This document shows, in pieces, positions 50,701-61,179 of a stretch of 64,000 nucleotides of DNA (its first letter is position 1; each line of letters opens with the position of its first letter). Where the stretch lies: assembly GCA_047495785.1 (NCBI GenBank), contig JBLDXI010000004.1, positions 2,604,001 to 2,668,000 of the forward strand, given 5' to 3'. Under the pieces are notes generated by a model, which had not been told where the DNA came from, did not search any database, and saw only the letters and a list, made by a program, of their open reading frames with translations. The translations under genes were made by a program, and so were the position numbers. Source of the stretch: Lepidodermella squamata. Taxonomy: Eukaryota > Animalia > Gastrotricha.

Positions 50701-51406
50701 GCATCGGCGACAAAGTGGCAAGAGTAACAATAGTTGTAGCACAGCTGTTACGACTCCGGCCACACCTGTCGAAGCGCCAACGGGGTTAAACAAATGCCCT
50801 GCCTCTACTAAATTCTAGGAAAATAGTCCCATTGAGATGCCAGCCATCCCAAAAAACCTAAATAAATGCCATTCTTCCTCAACGGGAATTTTCAATTAAA
50901 ACCGCAAGAAGTATTTTCGTCACCAGATTTTTCTCTCGAACCCCATTTTAACGAATTTCTCACCAAGGTTTACCGAAGATCTGATCTATCGACTAGTGAA
51001 ATCCGCATAGAAGAATTGTTCATGTTCAAGGAATCATTCGAAAAATTCGAGGCAACAAATTTATCGATCATACTTCAACATTAAAAAAACCAAAAAATGG
51101 CTCGAAATCTCATACAAATTTGATAAATAAATTTAGAAATTTAAATCAGAACAGTGCGTGAAAAGTGCAACTTCGTGTCAAACTAAGTAACCAAAAATTC
51201 AACTAACCATGATCTCGTCCGTTTTCGCACATCCAGGGCTGCCCGGTCGACATGTTGCCGCATAAGTCGTCAATCGGTAGCACAATCTAGCAGTCTGTGC
51301 GGAAATAACACAATTCGATGTACAAGTCAAGCCAGAACTCAATAAAAAAATCGAAGAAACTCACCGACTTCATGCACTTTGATTGATCCGGCCAACCTTC
51401 GCCAAG
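40403..51406 (-). CDS. Cys-rich module array + two C-type-lectin-like domains, copy 2 (start codon not located)
   Basis: Exons are colinear with copy 1: about 51406-51365, 51294-51208, 46135-46058, 46004-45921, 45871-45817, 45374-45223, 44764-44696, 44636-44315, 40925-40854, 40799-40535 and 40479-40403 (stop TAA). Confidence 0.75.
46269..46709 (+). mobile_element. 3' fragment of a CR1-group LINE with A-rich tail
   Basis: TLENRRCQRDLILMFKLYRG and SFLRRYVILWNKLP match typical CR1 ORF2 C-terminal motifs. A-rich tail at 46688-46709. Confidence 0.8.
46750..49610 (+). mobile_element. Degenerate Ty3/gypsy LTR retrotransposon internal region (gag and RT fragments), interrupted by a CACTA element
   Basis: Gag-like LRQQEGESFRALAERVRVL and RT N-terminal RRYNPHKLAAIKELVSKL...YRLTV. 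Removing 48490-49481 rejoins YYDDILV...LEAVLQ|RCDTFATTLNPEKCEFL...LLGNVI. Confidence 0.85.
48490..49479. mobile_element. Non-autonomous CACTA (CMC/EnSpm) DNA transposon
   Basis: 29-bp TIRs CACTAGAAAAAATAACCGTGTATATAACG with 2-bp TSD CA. Many subterminal TAACG/CGTTA motifs. Clean insertion into the gypsy RT frame. Confidence 0.9.
49641..50607. mobile_element. MULE-like non-autonomous element with an internal 189-bp-arm palindrome
   Basis: TIRs GCTCAATTCCGGGCCCATATTAGTTCCGTCC with 9-bp TSD TAAATCATT (49632-49640, 50608-50616). Inner arms 49907-50095/50127-50315. Related pieces at about 43983-44146 and 60355-60430. Confidence 0.88.
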
Positions 51407-51843
51407 CTGCCAAAATACCACAATTTAGGACTTAAAACTTAGAAGTTATTAACCTGATATTCGCTCAATTTGAAACAGCCGTTTGATAATTCCCGGCAAC
51501 TTGTGAATGAATCATCGAATTGGGAGAAGCAACGAGCCCAGTCGCCACACAGAACCGCATCGATTGCGATAAAAAATACGAGAAAATGCTTCATTATCAC
51601 AAACAGAAAGCGTCGAAATAACAGTGAATAAAGCTATGAAGTTTAGAAAAATGTTTAAGAAAAATATGTTTTGATGTTTGAGAAGCACGCGCTTGGCTAT
51701 ATTTCCAGGCACGTGGAACTGATCTCCACTGTAGGTGACGATTTTTTGTCTAGTTGTAGTTTTTGTAAACAATTTTCATTCATGATCACAATCAGCAGCA
51801 CAATATTGCAACAACTGGTGCACACTAATGAATATCCAGAAAA

Positions 51844-53451
51844 CATAGATAAATAAAAAAGAGAGATCTGGCACGCTAGCATATTTATGTGTGCCGAAAT
51901 GATTCATCAAGAGTTTTTGCTTCTTGATCGCGTGACCTGAAAATCACTTGTCAACATCACTATAAAAAATACGGCATAATCTACGCAAGTGACAAGTGAT
52001 TTCGGGTGGCTACTTCACCTCAATTTATCTCAAAACACACCCCCTTCGATTTTCTCCGAACTAATTTTATTTTGAAGTATCAAACTCGAGCTACATCTAA
52101 ATTTTTTCCGAATTCGCGGCCGGCATTCCGTTAATTTTCTAGAATTTTTCAAATCTTCCTCATTTCAGCAAGCAGTTTAATAGCGCTAGGTTTTTTTTTG
52201 TTGGTGAGAATCATAGTTATTGCAGATGACGCCGTGATTCATCAGGCGATTTTTTGCAAAAAGCTCGAGAAAGCAATAATAATCACTGCGCGGAAACGTG
52301 CTTCTTTCAGAATTTTTCTACCAACAATCATTCCCTGGCCGGAAATTCCGATTAGTCAAGCGTTGAGTTTAAGGTGAGATCTATATGCCCTATTTTTTTC
52401 GAGAAAATCGAAGGGGGTGTGTTTTGAGATAAATTGAGGTGAAGTAGCCACCCGAAATCACTTGTCAATTGCGTTGACTATGCCGTATTTTTTATAGTGA
52501 TGTTGACAAGTGATTTTCAGGTCACGCGACCAAAAAGCAAAAACTCTTGATGAATCATTTCGCCACACATAAATATACTAGCGTGTCAGATCTCTCTTTT
52601 TTATTTATCTATGCCAGAAAACAAGGAAAAAATCTGTTATCGCCAGGGCAAATTTTTTGTAAATAAAATTGTTAACTCTTCACAGACTATATCAAAACTT
52701 TGATTTGGACAGCGCATCGTACTTACAATGTCATGAATTTTCGATCGCCGTTTGGTGAAATACATAGACATAATATCAGTATAGACTGTCTATTGAATTT
52801 TTTTCTACGAACAGAATTTTCTTTGTCCGGCAATATAAAACTTGTCCAATATATATTTTTTACCTATTTTCCGATTTTTTCAACTCGGTATTCAATTTCT
52901 TTAATGGACAAAAATGAAAAATGTAATGGACAAAAATGACCAATTTTTCAGCTTATAAAATTCTCATGTAGCTGGTTCTCCTTCAAATAACAAAAAATGA
53001 CCAATCGGTCTTGGACCAAATAACAAAAAGTGACCAATTGGTTCATTTGAAGGAGAACTAGCTACATGAGAATTTTATATGCTGAAAAATTGGTCATTTT
53101 TGTCCATTACATTTTTCATTTTTGTCCATTAAAGAAATTGAATACCAAGTTGAAAAAATCGGAAAATAGGTAAAAAATATATATTGGACAAGTTTTATAT
53201 TGCCGGACAAAGAAAATTCTGTTCGTAGAAAAAAATTCAATAGACAGTCTATACTGATATTATGTCTATGTATTTCACGAAACGGCGATCGAAAATTCAT
53301 GACATTGTAAGTACGATGCGCTGTCCAAATCAAAGTTTTGATATAGTCTGTGAAGAGTTAACATGTTTATTTACAAAAAATTTGACCTGGCGATAACTGA
53401 TTTTTTCCTTGTTTTCTGGCATAGATAAATAAAAAAGAGAGATCTGACACG
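51844..53451. repeat. Two chained long palindromes sharing a 32-bp segment
   Basis: Arms 51844-52056/52401-52613 and 52582-about 53000/about 53025-53451. The mirror ORFs 52700+ and 53094- result from this structure. Confidence 0.9.
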
Positions 53452-54044
53452 AGAGATCTGAAAGATTTCCTCTGGTAATTTTAGAAAATAATTAAAAATC
53501 GAACAAATTACAATGTGTGGAAAGGGCGATTAGTGAATACAAATAAAGGTCGCGTTTTGGTGTGAATTTATTTACTACAGGAAGATCGCTAGTTTCCAAT
53601 CTGTATAGAGTTGTCTATGCTGGTTGGATTTTAACGGAACGTTAGGATGCAATTTAAGAAACTCGACAGCAGTCATCGAAATTTCATTTCTGGTTAATGA
53701 AAATGGCTCAGTTTCGATCAAAGGTCGCATTTGAAGATCAAAACATTAACAGATAGATCTCTTCAAGAGGAATGCAGCAATTTATTTTCCATATTTTTAT
53801 AATGAAGAAATTAAAAAAAAATGGAAATAAGTTTTCGCATCAGGATATGAACTGAATTCGGGGACTTATGGCGAAAAACTCGAAATTTCACTGTTTTTAC
53901 ATTTTGATTTCGGTGTGTTCCTTGAAGTCTTTGGCCGTCGGCCATTTTGCCCTACGACGCATCGTTGACCAGAAAAAAGGACTTTTCGACAGACCAGGAT
54001 TTAGATACAAATATCGGACCTCGCAGTCTAATTTTGGCAGTTAA

Positions 54045-54623
54045 CACTCTATCGTCCACATACTCATATGTGAGTATTACCGGATTTGCAGAAATTCGCT
54101 ATATACTCACATTTGAGTAGCCTCCAATTTGCAGAAATTCACTTTATACTCATGTATGAGTACATAGAAGTGTTCCTTTTTTGCGATTTTTTTACGCGAG
54201 ACCTGTGCATCTGAAAATACCCATGATGCACCCCAATGCACAAGTCACACCCGTAGATATCAAATCTGAAGTCAAAATCACCCCATACTCATTCCTTAGA
54301 GAATAAGAAATCACTGATTATCGATTATCGATTATATATAGATTATCGAATTTCACAATTAGCTAATTTTTTGACGCCGTATACTCATAGGTGAGTAAGC
54401 AGTTTGCACGCTGGCGCCGTATACTCAAATATGAGTAAGTGTTTTTTTGTTATTACGTAATAAGGATGAGCCGGAAAAATCCGGGACATCGACCAATGAT
54501 TATAGAATTACGTGACCTTCAAGAAAATATAATAATCTAGGGGTCGAATTTTTTGGTAGATACATCGAAAAAACCCCGGCGCTGCAGGAAAGGTACACGC
54601 GAAAACCTTCGGCCGATAGAGTC
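54045..54623. mobile_element. TTAA-flanked element nested in the TIR of the second piggyBac-like MITE
   Basis: Termini cactctatcgtcc / ggccgatagagtc with TTAA at 54041-54044 and 54624-54627. Five TACTCA-N4-TGAGTA palindromes. Confidence 0.8.
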
Positions 54624-54949
54624 TTAAAGTGTTAATAGTTCGAAAAATGCTAGGTCATATGAGTTATTACCAGAAATTAAGTTATTACCTAAAACACCAA
54701 TTAAGCAATCAACTGATTGAGCGAATCAGCGTTACAGTTATTTTGAGTAATGTACCGTAAATTGGGGCAAAATGGGCGCGGGAAAAAAATTACCCCCTGA
54801 TTTTTTCGCATTTTTACACGTTTCAGAGGGTCCTGATTCCAATTTTATAGGAAGCTAATTTTGCCCCAGGTTTGGGGCAAATTGGACAGGTGTTTTGGGG
54901 CTAATTGGCCACCCTTATCCTTATAATGGGTTTTTAATATTTGATGATT

Positions 54950-55045
54950 GTGAGGGTTGAATGGTCGAGTGGTTGTGATGCGTCATCAGAACTTAAGTGA
55001 TATGATGAGCGACGGTTCGAATCCTCATGAAGTAGCATTTTTTTC
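54950..55045 (+). ncRNA. tRNA-derived Pol III head (SINE-like), not a canonical tRNA
   Basis: A-box TGGTCGAGTGG (54962-54972), B-box GGTTCGAATCC (55014-55024) and a T-run at about 55038-55043. No proper cloverleaf or 7-nt anticodon loop was found. Confidence 0.55.
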
Positions 55046-55218
55046 TCCGCATTTAATTTTTTTAAGGAAGTGGCTATCTACACCCCCCAGTGGGTGTCAA
55101 TAACTGACTATTTACATCCACTGGGTGTCAATAACTTGCTATTTGCACCCACCTGCTGGGTCGCATTAACTTGCTATTTACACCCACCAGTTTATAGCTA
55201 ATCTTCAGCTATTTACAC

Positions 55219-56638
55219 GCACATTTACGGATCCGCGGTGGTTTCCTCCGGCCACTAAAAAGTCGTGAAAGGCTAGTTTTCCATAACAATTATTTGCTCG
55301 CACGCTATTGGTCAATTCAAAAATAAACGCGCGAACCGCACTAATGCCACCGTGAAACAAAACAGCCGTCGACTTTACAGATTTGTGGCTTGTGGCTTAT
55401 AGTCAAGAGTCAAGACCGACGCAAATATTAAGAGCCACATTCACACAAACTGTAAAAAAATGACTTATGAGAAAATTACTCCACAAGGAAATAAATAAAT
55501 ATCGAGAGAATTTCGAAAAATTAGCAATAAATTATTGGAGAAAATATAGTAAGGCTTCGATTTGCAAGCAATTTAAACCACTTGATGCAAAAAATGAACT
55601 TTTAAAGCGTGTGTGAATGACCTATAGTGCCTGTGCACGATGGCCTGGTAACAGTCGTGCACACTAATAATAGGCACTGTGCACGAAAAAAATGCACGCC
55701 TGGGCTTTTTGCAAAATTAAAAATAATTACCTAATATTCATTTATTGCTTTAAATCGTTAGTCTCCACTTTAGTTTTAATTTGCAATTGAATGGCGGAAA
55801 GGGCTACCCCTATTTTTTTCATTTCCAAGGCTAAATTTTATCGTCCATTTTTCTCGAATGATCGCAATGTACACTGAGTTAATGGCTGCAAGCCATTCAT
55901 AAATTCATAAATAGCGTGAGCAAGTTTTATTGCTATGTGATATGTCTACTGCAGGAAAAAAACTATAGCCAAGAAAGCAGCGCGAATGAACGTAAACTGC
56001 CATACGGTAATGACTTTTAATGACAACCTCACCCTCGAATAACGAAAAACTTAATCTCGGTTTTATCAGAGATTTATTGATATTCCAAACTCGCAGTCCA
56101 CTTGTAAAAAGCTGTATTCTGGATTAAGGTGGTGATAACAAACAGCCTTTTGAATTTCATTATCGAGTTCAGCTGAATTTTGCGTCCAGTTTTACCGCGC
56201 TGACAATTTGACAATTTTCGTTGAATTTTTCGGCGATCGATTTGGGTGATTTTTGCCAATTACCTAATTCTTATTTTGCAGCTAGAAGTTGAAGGCAAGA
56301 TGTTGACATTTTGGTGAAAAAATCACAGTCTTTGCTCATTTTTTCAAATATTGATTTCACTGGATTTCGGATTTTTTTAGAAATTTGTTCCAATTATTCT
56401 CAGGAAAAACACAATTTTAACTGCAACTGAAAATGAGGCCCTGTATTTGCGCCGCCCTGCATTATTAACCATGAATCTGTGAAGTCGACGGCTGTTTTGT
56501 TTCGCAGCGGCATTAATGCGACTCCCGCGCTTATTTTTGAATCGACCAATAGCGTGCGAGCAAATAATTGTTAGAGAAAACTAGCATTTCACGGCTTTTT
56601 AGTGACCGGAGGAAACCACCGCGGATCCGTAAATGTGC
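55219..56638. mobile_element. MULE-like non-autonomous element with about 165-bp TIRs
   Basis: TIRs begin GCACATTTACGGATCCGCGGTGGTTTCCTCCGG. 9-bp TSD TATTTACAC at 55210-55218 and 56639-56647. Confidence 0.88.
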
Positions 56639-59600
56639 TATTTACACAGGGTGGCTATGATTTTAAGCTGTCTTTTCAGAGAGACTGTTATCGTTTTTGG
56701 TTTTGTTTGTTATTGCGATAAATTTCGTCCATCTTCAAAGAGTCCATGTGATACATGCCTGTAGCAGGAAGTGGTACCTGTTTCATATCTAACATTAGTT
56801 TAGAGCTCCTCAATCATCATCCGTCTTATTTAGGTTACGATTTCTTCTCATTGATAATTCTTCATAAACTTACGAACAGCTGTATAGGCACCTGGTTTCC
56901 AAATATGCGAAATTATTTGTCGCATTGCCATATCGTTAGCGTCGTTGAATGATGACTCGGATTTAGGCTTTTTTAGTTTACTTCAGTTTATTGCAACTAT
57001 GGCAACAGTAGGTGATGGGTGACAGGTAAAAGGTGGCATTTTTCGCTTCGATTTGACGCAATTTTTACGTCATCTTGAAACTAAAAAAAAAACAACCCAA
57101 ATCCGAGCTGTTCAACGACAATAACAATGCGCGAGCTCGGTATTTTTCGCTTCGGTATCGCGAGATTTTTCAGCTTCAGGAGGGCGTCAAGGCTTGGCCG
57201 TTGCATACCTATATCTTTAAACGTTGGGTAAATTTTGAAGTTCAAAATCAGGTCTATTAACCATCAAAAGGGGAGTCCGATTAGAAGTAGTACAACCAGA
57301 GAAAAGCTTTGCCCAAAATTGGTGGGTTTGCGAGAGCAGAGTGCGCATTTTGTGCACATTTTGTGAAAAGGTCCTGCTTAAAGAAAACCGATTCGAATTC
57401 ATGTTTCAAGTTTCTATTAGCGTGAGTTTCTCATCTTTTACTTATGTTCTCTATGACTTCAAGTCTCACGTGATGCGCATCATGTGTAATTTTTCAACGA
57501 AAATTCTTACAATTCATCTATTTTTCTCTGATAAGGTTTCGAAACTGCCCTAATTGTGTTGCCTTTGATTTTACCGATTTTTGATCGAGAAGACGGCTGA
57601 TCATCCCTGACGTCTGATCAATGACCCCGCCAAAACGTTCTGCGATCCCTGGCGAATTTTAGGCGAATAAAAGCTGGGTGCCGCGCAATACAGGGTGTTC
57701 CTTTCAAAACCGAACATCCTGCCGTAGTCGCGAAAAAAAAATCTGCCGGTTAATTTGAGGAAATAATTTACTAAAATAATTTTTAAACATTTTTAATAAT
57801 TATTTTCAATTTTATTTTCAATTGCAAAATGCCCTTGAATTTTAGCGCGCGTTACCACGTCGACGCGTTGGTTTTCAAATTTTAGCCGTTAAACGCCTGA
57901 AATCAGGGTTTTCTAACCCAGTTCTTAAGATAGTCAGTAAGCGCGCAGCTCCATGCCTGACAAATTTCAAGTCAGTAAAGCGAGCTGAATGCAATGGCCG
58001 CGCCCTTTTTTCTTAATCTATCTCAGTTTTCGCGATGTGATATACCCAAAATCGGTAAAAAGAGCCTTAAATTGCGGTTCCTTGCCGTTGAAATCCACCG
58101 CTGGGATCAAGAAGACGGCGGTGCAACGTGGTTTTCTGCTGTCATTGAGGATGCTAATGATATATCAAGCGGCCTTGATAAATTGTTGCTCAAGTTTGAG
58201 TCTGCGGATCAGAGAAACGCACCCTTTTATGGACGAAATGCAATGAAACTAGCTGTTTCACGATGAAAAGGGCAGTGGTATCATGTAAATAGACGGAAAG
58301 CCGGGCGAAAACATGTCGAATTTAATGACATGGATGTTGCTGATGCGGAAGACACATTTCCTTCCTTCTTTACCTTTGATAATCTCTCATCTTGATGTTG
58401 TGATACAACGTCGTCCGCAGTGATGCCGTAGTTAACTCCTCCCGACTAATCAAAGCTGATCTCAAATGCCTTACCACTGTTATCATCAAAATTGTCTCGC
58501 AGAACATGTTAATATCAAAAAGAAAGAATGCAAGGTAATTTCGATTATAATTATTTAGCCGCTCAATTTATTTCGTTTACTCTGTTCGTGACGTCGTCAT
58601 GTTCCTTACTAAGGATAGTGGTTCACAAGTGAGCATAGCTTGGTCTTAGTAAGGACTGCCATCCTAATGATCATAACTATGGACACCCACTCTACGCCGC
58701 GTCATTCAAGGTGCACAGGTCTATTATCTGAGATCAGATCCTTTGATCGCTCAGTCTGAAGCGGCGAAGTCTGAGTAAGGATTGTCGAGTAAGCCATTCC
58801 TACCAAGCATACCATTGTCACCGCGTCCTTATTTGGAAGCCATCTTGCTAAGGATGTCTTGCATCCTTATTAAGGAATTCCTTAGCAAGATGGCTTTTAA
58901 GTAAAGAGAGCGCTTAGCATCTCCTTTACTCATAATGCATCCTTAGCATCCCTAGCATGGAAAATCGACATCGCTAGGCTATGAACAGCAGTTTATTTGC
59001 ACCATTCAGATCAAGCTGGTGTTTAACAAAACGTCATGTAAACTCTAACATAATAATAGGCAGCATCCGGCGCGCGGCGTGAGTCGTTAAGAGTGAGAAT
59101 TTAGCATCATTTTCGGCGAAAAATTCATTGATATCACTGGATCCGCCGAAAGATTTGAGGACAACCGATGACTGACACAACGCTTAGAGACTGATAACCG
59201 AGATATAATTGAGACATTGATCACTCGTTTGCGGCGGCGCGGGGCGGCGGCCGGAATATTCTCTGGTGATGCCTGTGTCCTGTCATTCATTTCCCTGCGG
59301 TAACCGCAGTTGCGGGCGGGTTCAACTTTTTGTGTGACTGCGGTTACAAAACAAGTTCAGCACCACGCCGGTCTTTGTCTTTTGATATATGCATCCTTGT
59401 GATCTCGGTTTCTACACGTCCTAAAAGAACAGTTCGGCATGCTCGCATAGATACTTTCTTGTAAATATTTCTGCTGGTAAAACTATTTGATATTTGATTG
59501 ATGTAACTTTACGACGCAATAAATAACAATAGTATAACGCGCCAAGCCGGCTGAATTTCCCGGAGAATTAGAAGAGTAAGTATCCATAGCAAAAACAAAC

Positions 59601-59792
59601 GAGTTCAGACCTTAGCCCTAATGCGGCCGCTTGAAACAAGTAGCAGTGGCTGAAACGCGTCAGCAGTACGTCATTTGCAGAAGTTTAGCGCGACTATAGC
59701 TATGTATTCAAATAATGAGTAAAATTCACGTATGGACCTCTTATGACCACACAAATGACGAAGGAATGCGGCTACAACGCGTTGAAACGTCC

Positions 59793-60337
59793 TCTAACCA
59801 GGATGGGTATGGCATCAAGAAGCCGACCCAGCGCTCGAGTTAGGGCGGCAACACCAGCTTTTTCTGCTTTATCGTCAAACTGAAATAGTCTCTTAGCAAA
59901 TTCAATTGTTTCAGCCTCAATCTAACCGCTACATTGTTAGTTAACATCAAAAATGTTCCGAAAAACCTGAAAAAACCCGAAAAATGCAAGCCAAGCCACT
60001 AATACTGAAAAACCGCGCTGACCAACCTAAAAGTAATGGTAACTAAGATATATACACTATATTCTACAAGAAAACGATGAGAAAGATTGTTCTTGCCAGA
60101 TTATTTTAAGAGATGGACCATCTTTAAGGTTGCTGATCTGGCCTAATGATGACGTCTAACGAGAGTGGGTATGGCAGACGAAAGTCGATCCTGCGCCCGA
60201 ATTACGGCGGCAACACCAGCTTTTTCCTGCTTAATTGTCATACTGACATAGTCTCTAAACAAAATCAGCCAATTTTACCCAAATCTGGCCGTTGAATTAC
60301 TTCCTAACATCAATAAAGTTCCGATAAACCCGAAAAA
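59793..60337 (+). repeat. Diverged direct repeat, period about 362 bp
   Basis: tctaac..gggtatggca..ggcggcaacaccagcttttt.ctgctt..actga.atagtctct at about 59793-59985 and about 60155-60337. Confidence 0.75.
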
Positions 60338-61179
60338 CTCCATTCCACTTTTAAAAGTCCACTTTTACCCTCCAATTGCGCAACCGACGTGCGCGCGCCG
60401 GACGGAACTACGATGGGCCCGGAATTGAGCGGGCTCATAATGGTCCAAATACTAAGGCTATTTCCATTTCAACACCGCAACGCAATTTCTCATGAACATT
60501 AATGCATTATTACCCTCAAAACTTGAATTTTTACAGTTTTCTGAGCTAAAACTACGGTAAAACCAGTGGGTGTAAATAGCAAGTTAACGCGACCCAGCAG
60601 GTGGGTGCAAATAGCAAGGATTAGACACCCACTGGGTGTAAATAGTCACTTATTGACACCCACTACGGGGGGTGTTGTTAGCCACGACCTTTTTTTAATT
60701 GTTTCGTTTTAATTGTCCATTTTAATAATTTTTAATTAATTTCTCCGTTTTTTCTGAATTTTATTGCTGAGCAACTTTAAAACGCCTCCCGAACAAAAGA
60801 ATGTCCGGCATACGTAGTGTTAGTGGAATAATTAAAATGGAAAATTAACAAAAAAATCAACAAAATTAAATGCGGAGCAAACAAATGCTACTTTATGAGT
60901 ATTTTATTTATGAATATTTTATTAAATATGAAATAAGAGAAAAATTGTTAATTCGGTTTAGGAAGGCGGCTTAGTTGATCAATTTTTTTGTCCAAAAAAA
61001 CACGATTCAGCTCCATTTGCGTTTCAAAAGCTTCGACCATATCCGCTTTCCGATTCCTACGGCTGTAGCTTCGGCTTTTGCCCGTCGACCAGGACCGAGT
61101 TTTAGACGAACTGGGCTCAGCGTCTCGATTTTCAGCACGATGTGCTTTGTATTTAGCGATGGTTTTCTTGGGTGTATAT

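Larger units (their letters stand above)
55022..60899. repeat. Inverted pair of a repeat built from about 30-bp GGGTGTCAATAAC/CTATTTACACCCAC units (about 55022-55190 and about 60565-60899)
   Basis: 55068-55187 is the diverged reverse complement of about 60567-60685. 55022-55060 mirrors about 60862-60899. Confidence 0.7.

Noticed and set aside
52700-53333. Two near-identical 79-aa ORFs on opposite strands
   Set aside because: They are mirror images produced by the palindrome, with a non-ATG start and no protein features.
54061-54437. Regularly spaced palindromic repeats resembling a CRISPR array
   Set aside because: Eukaryotic context, spacers similar to each other, no cas genes, and the array lies inside a TTAA-flanked transposon.
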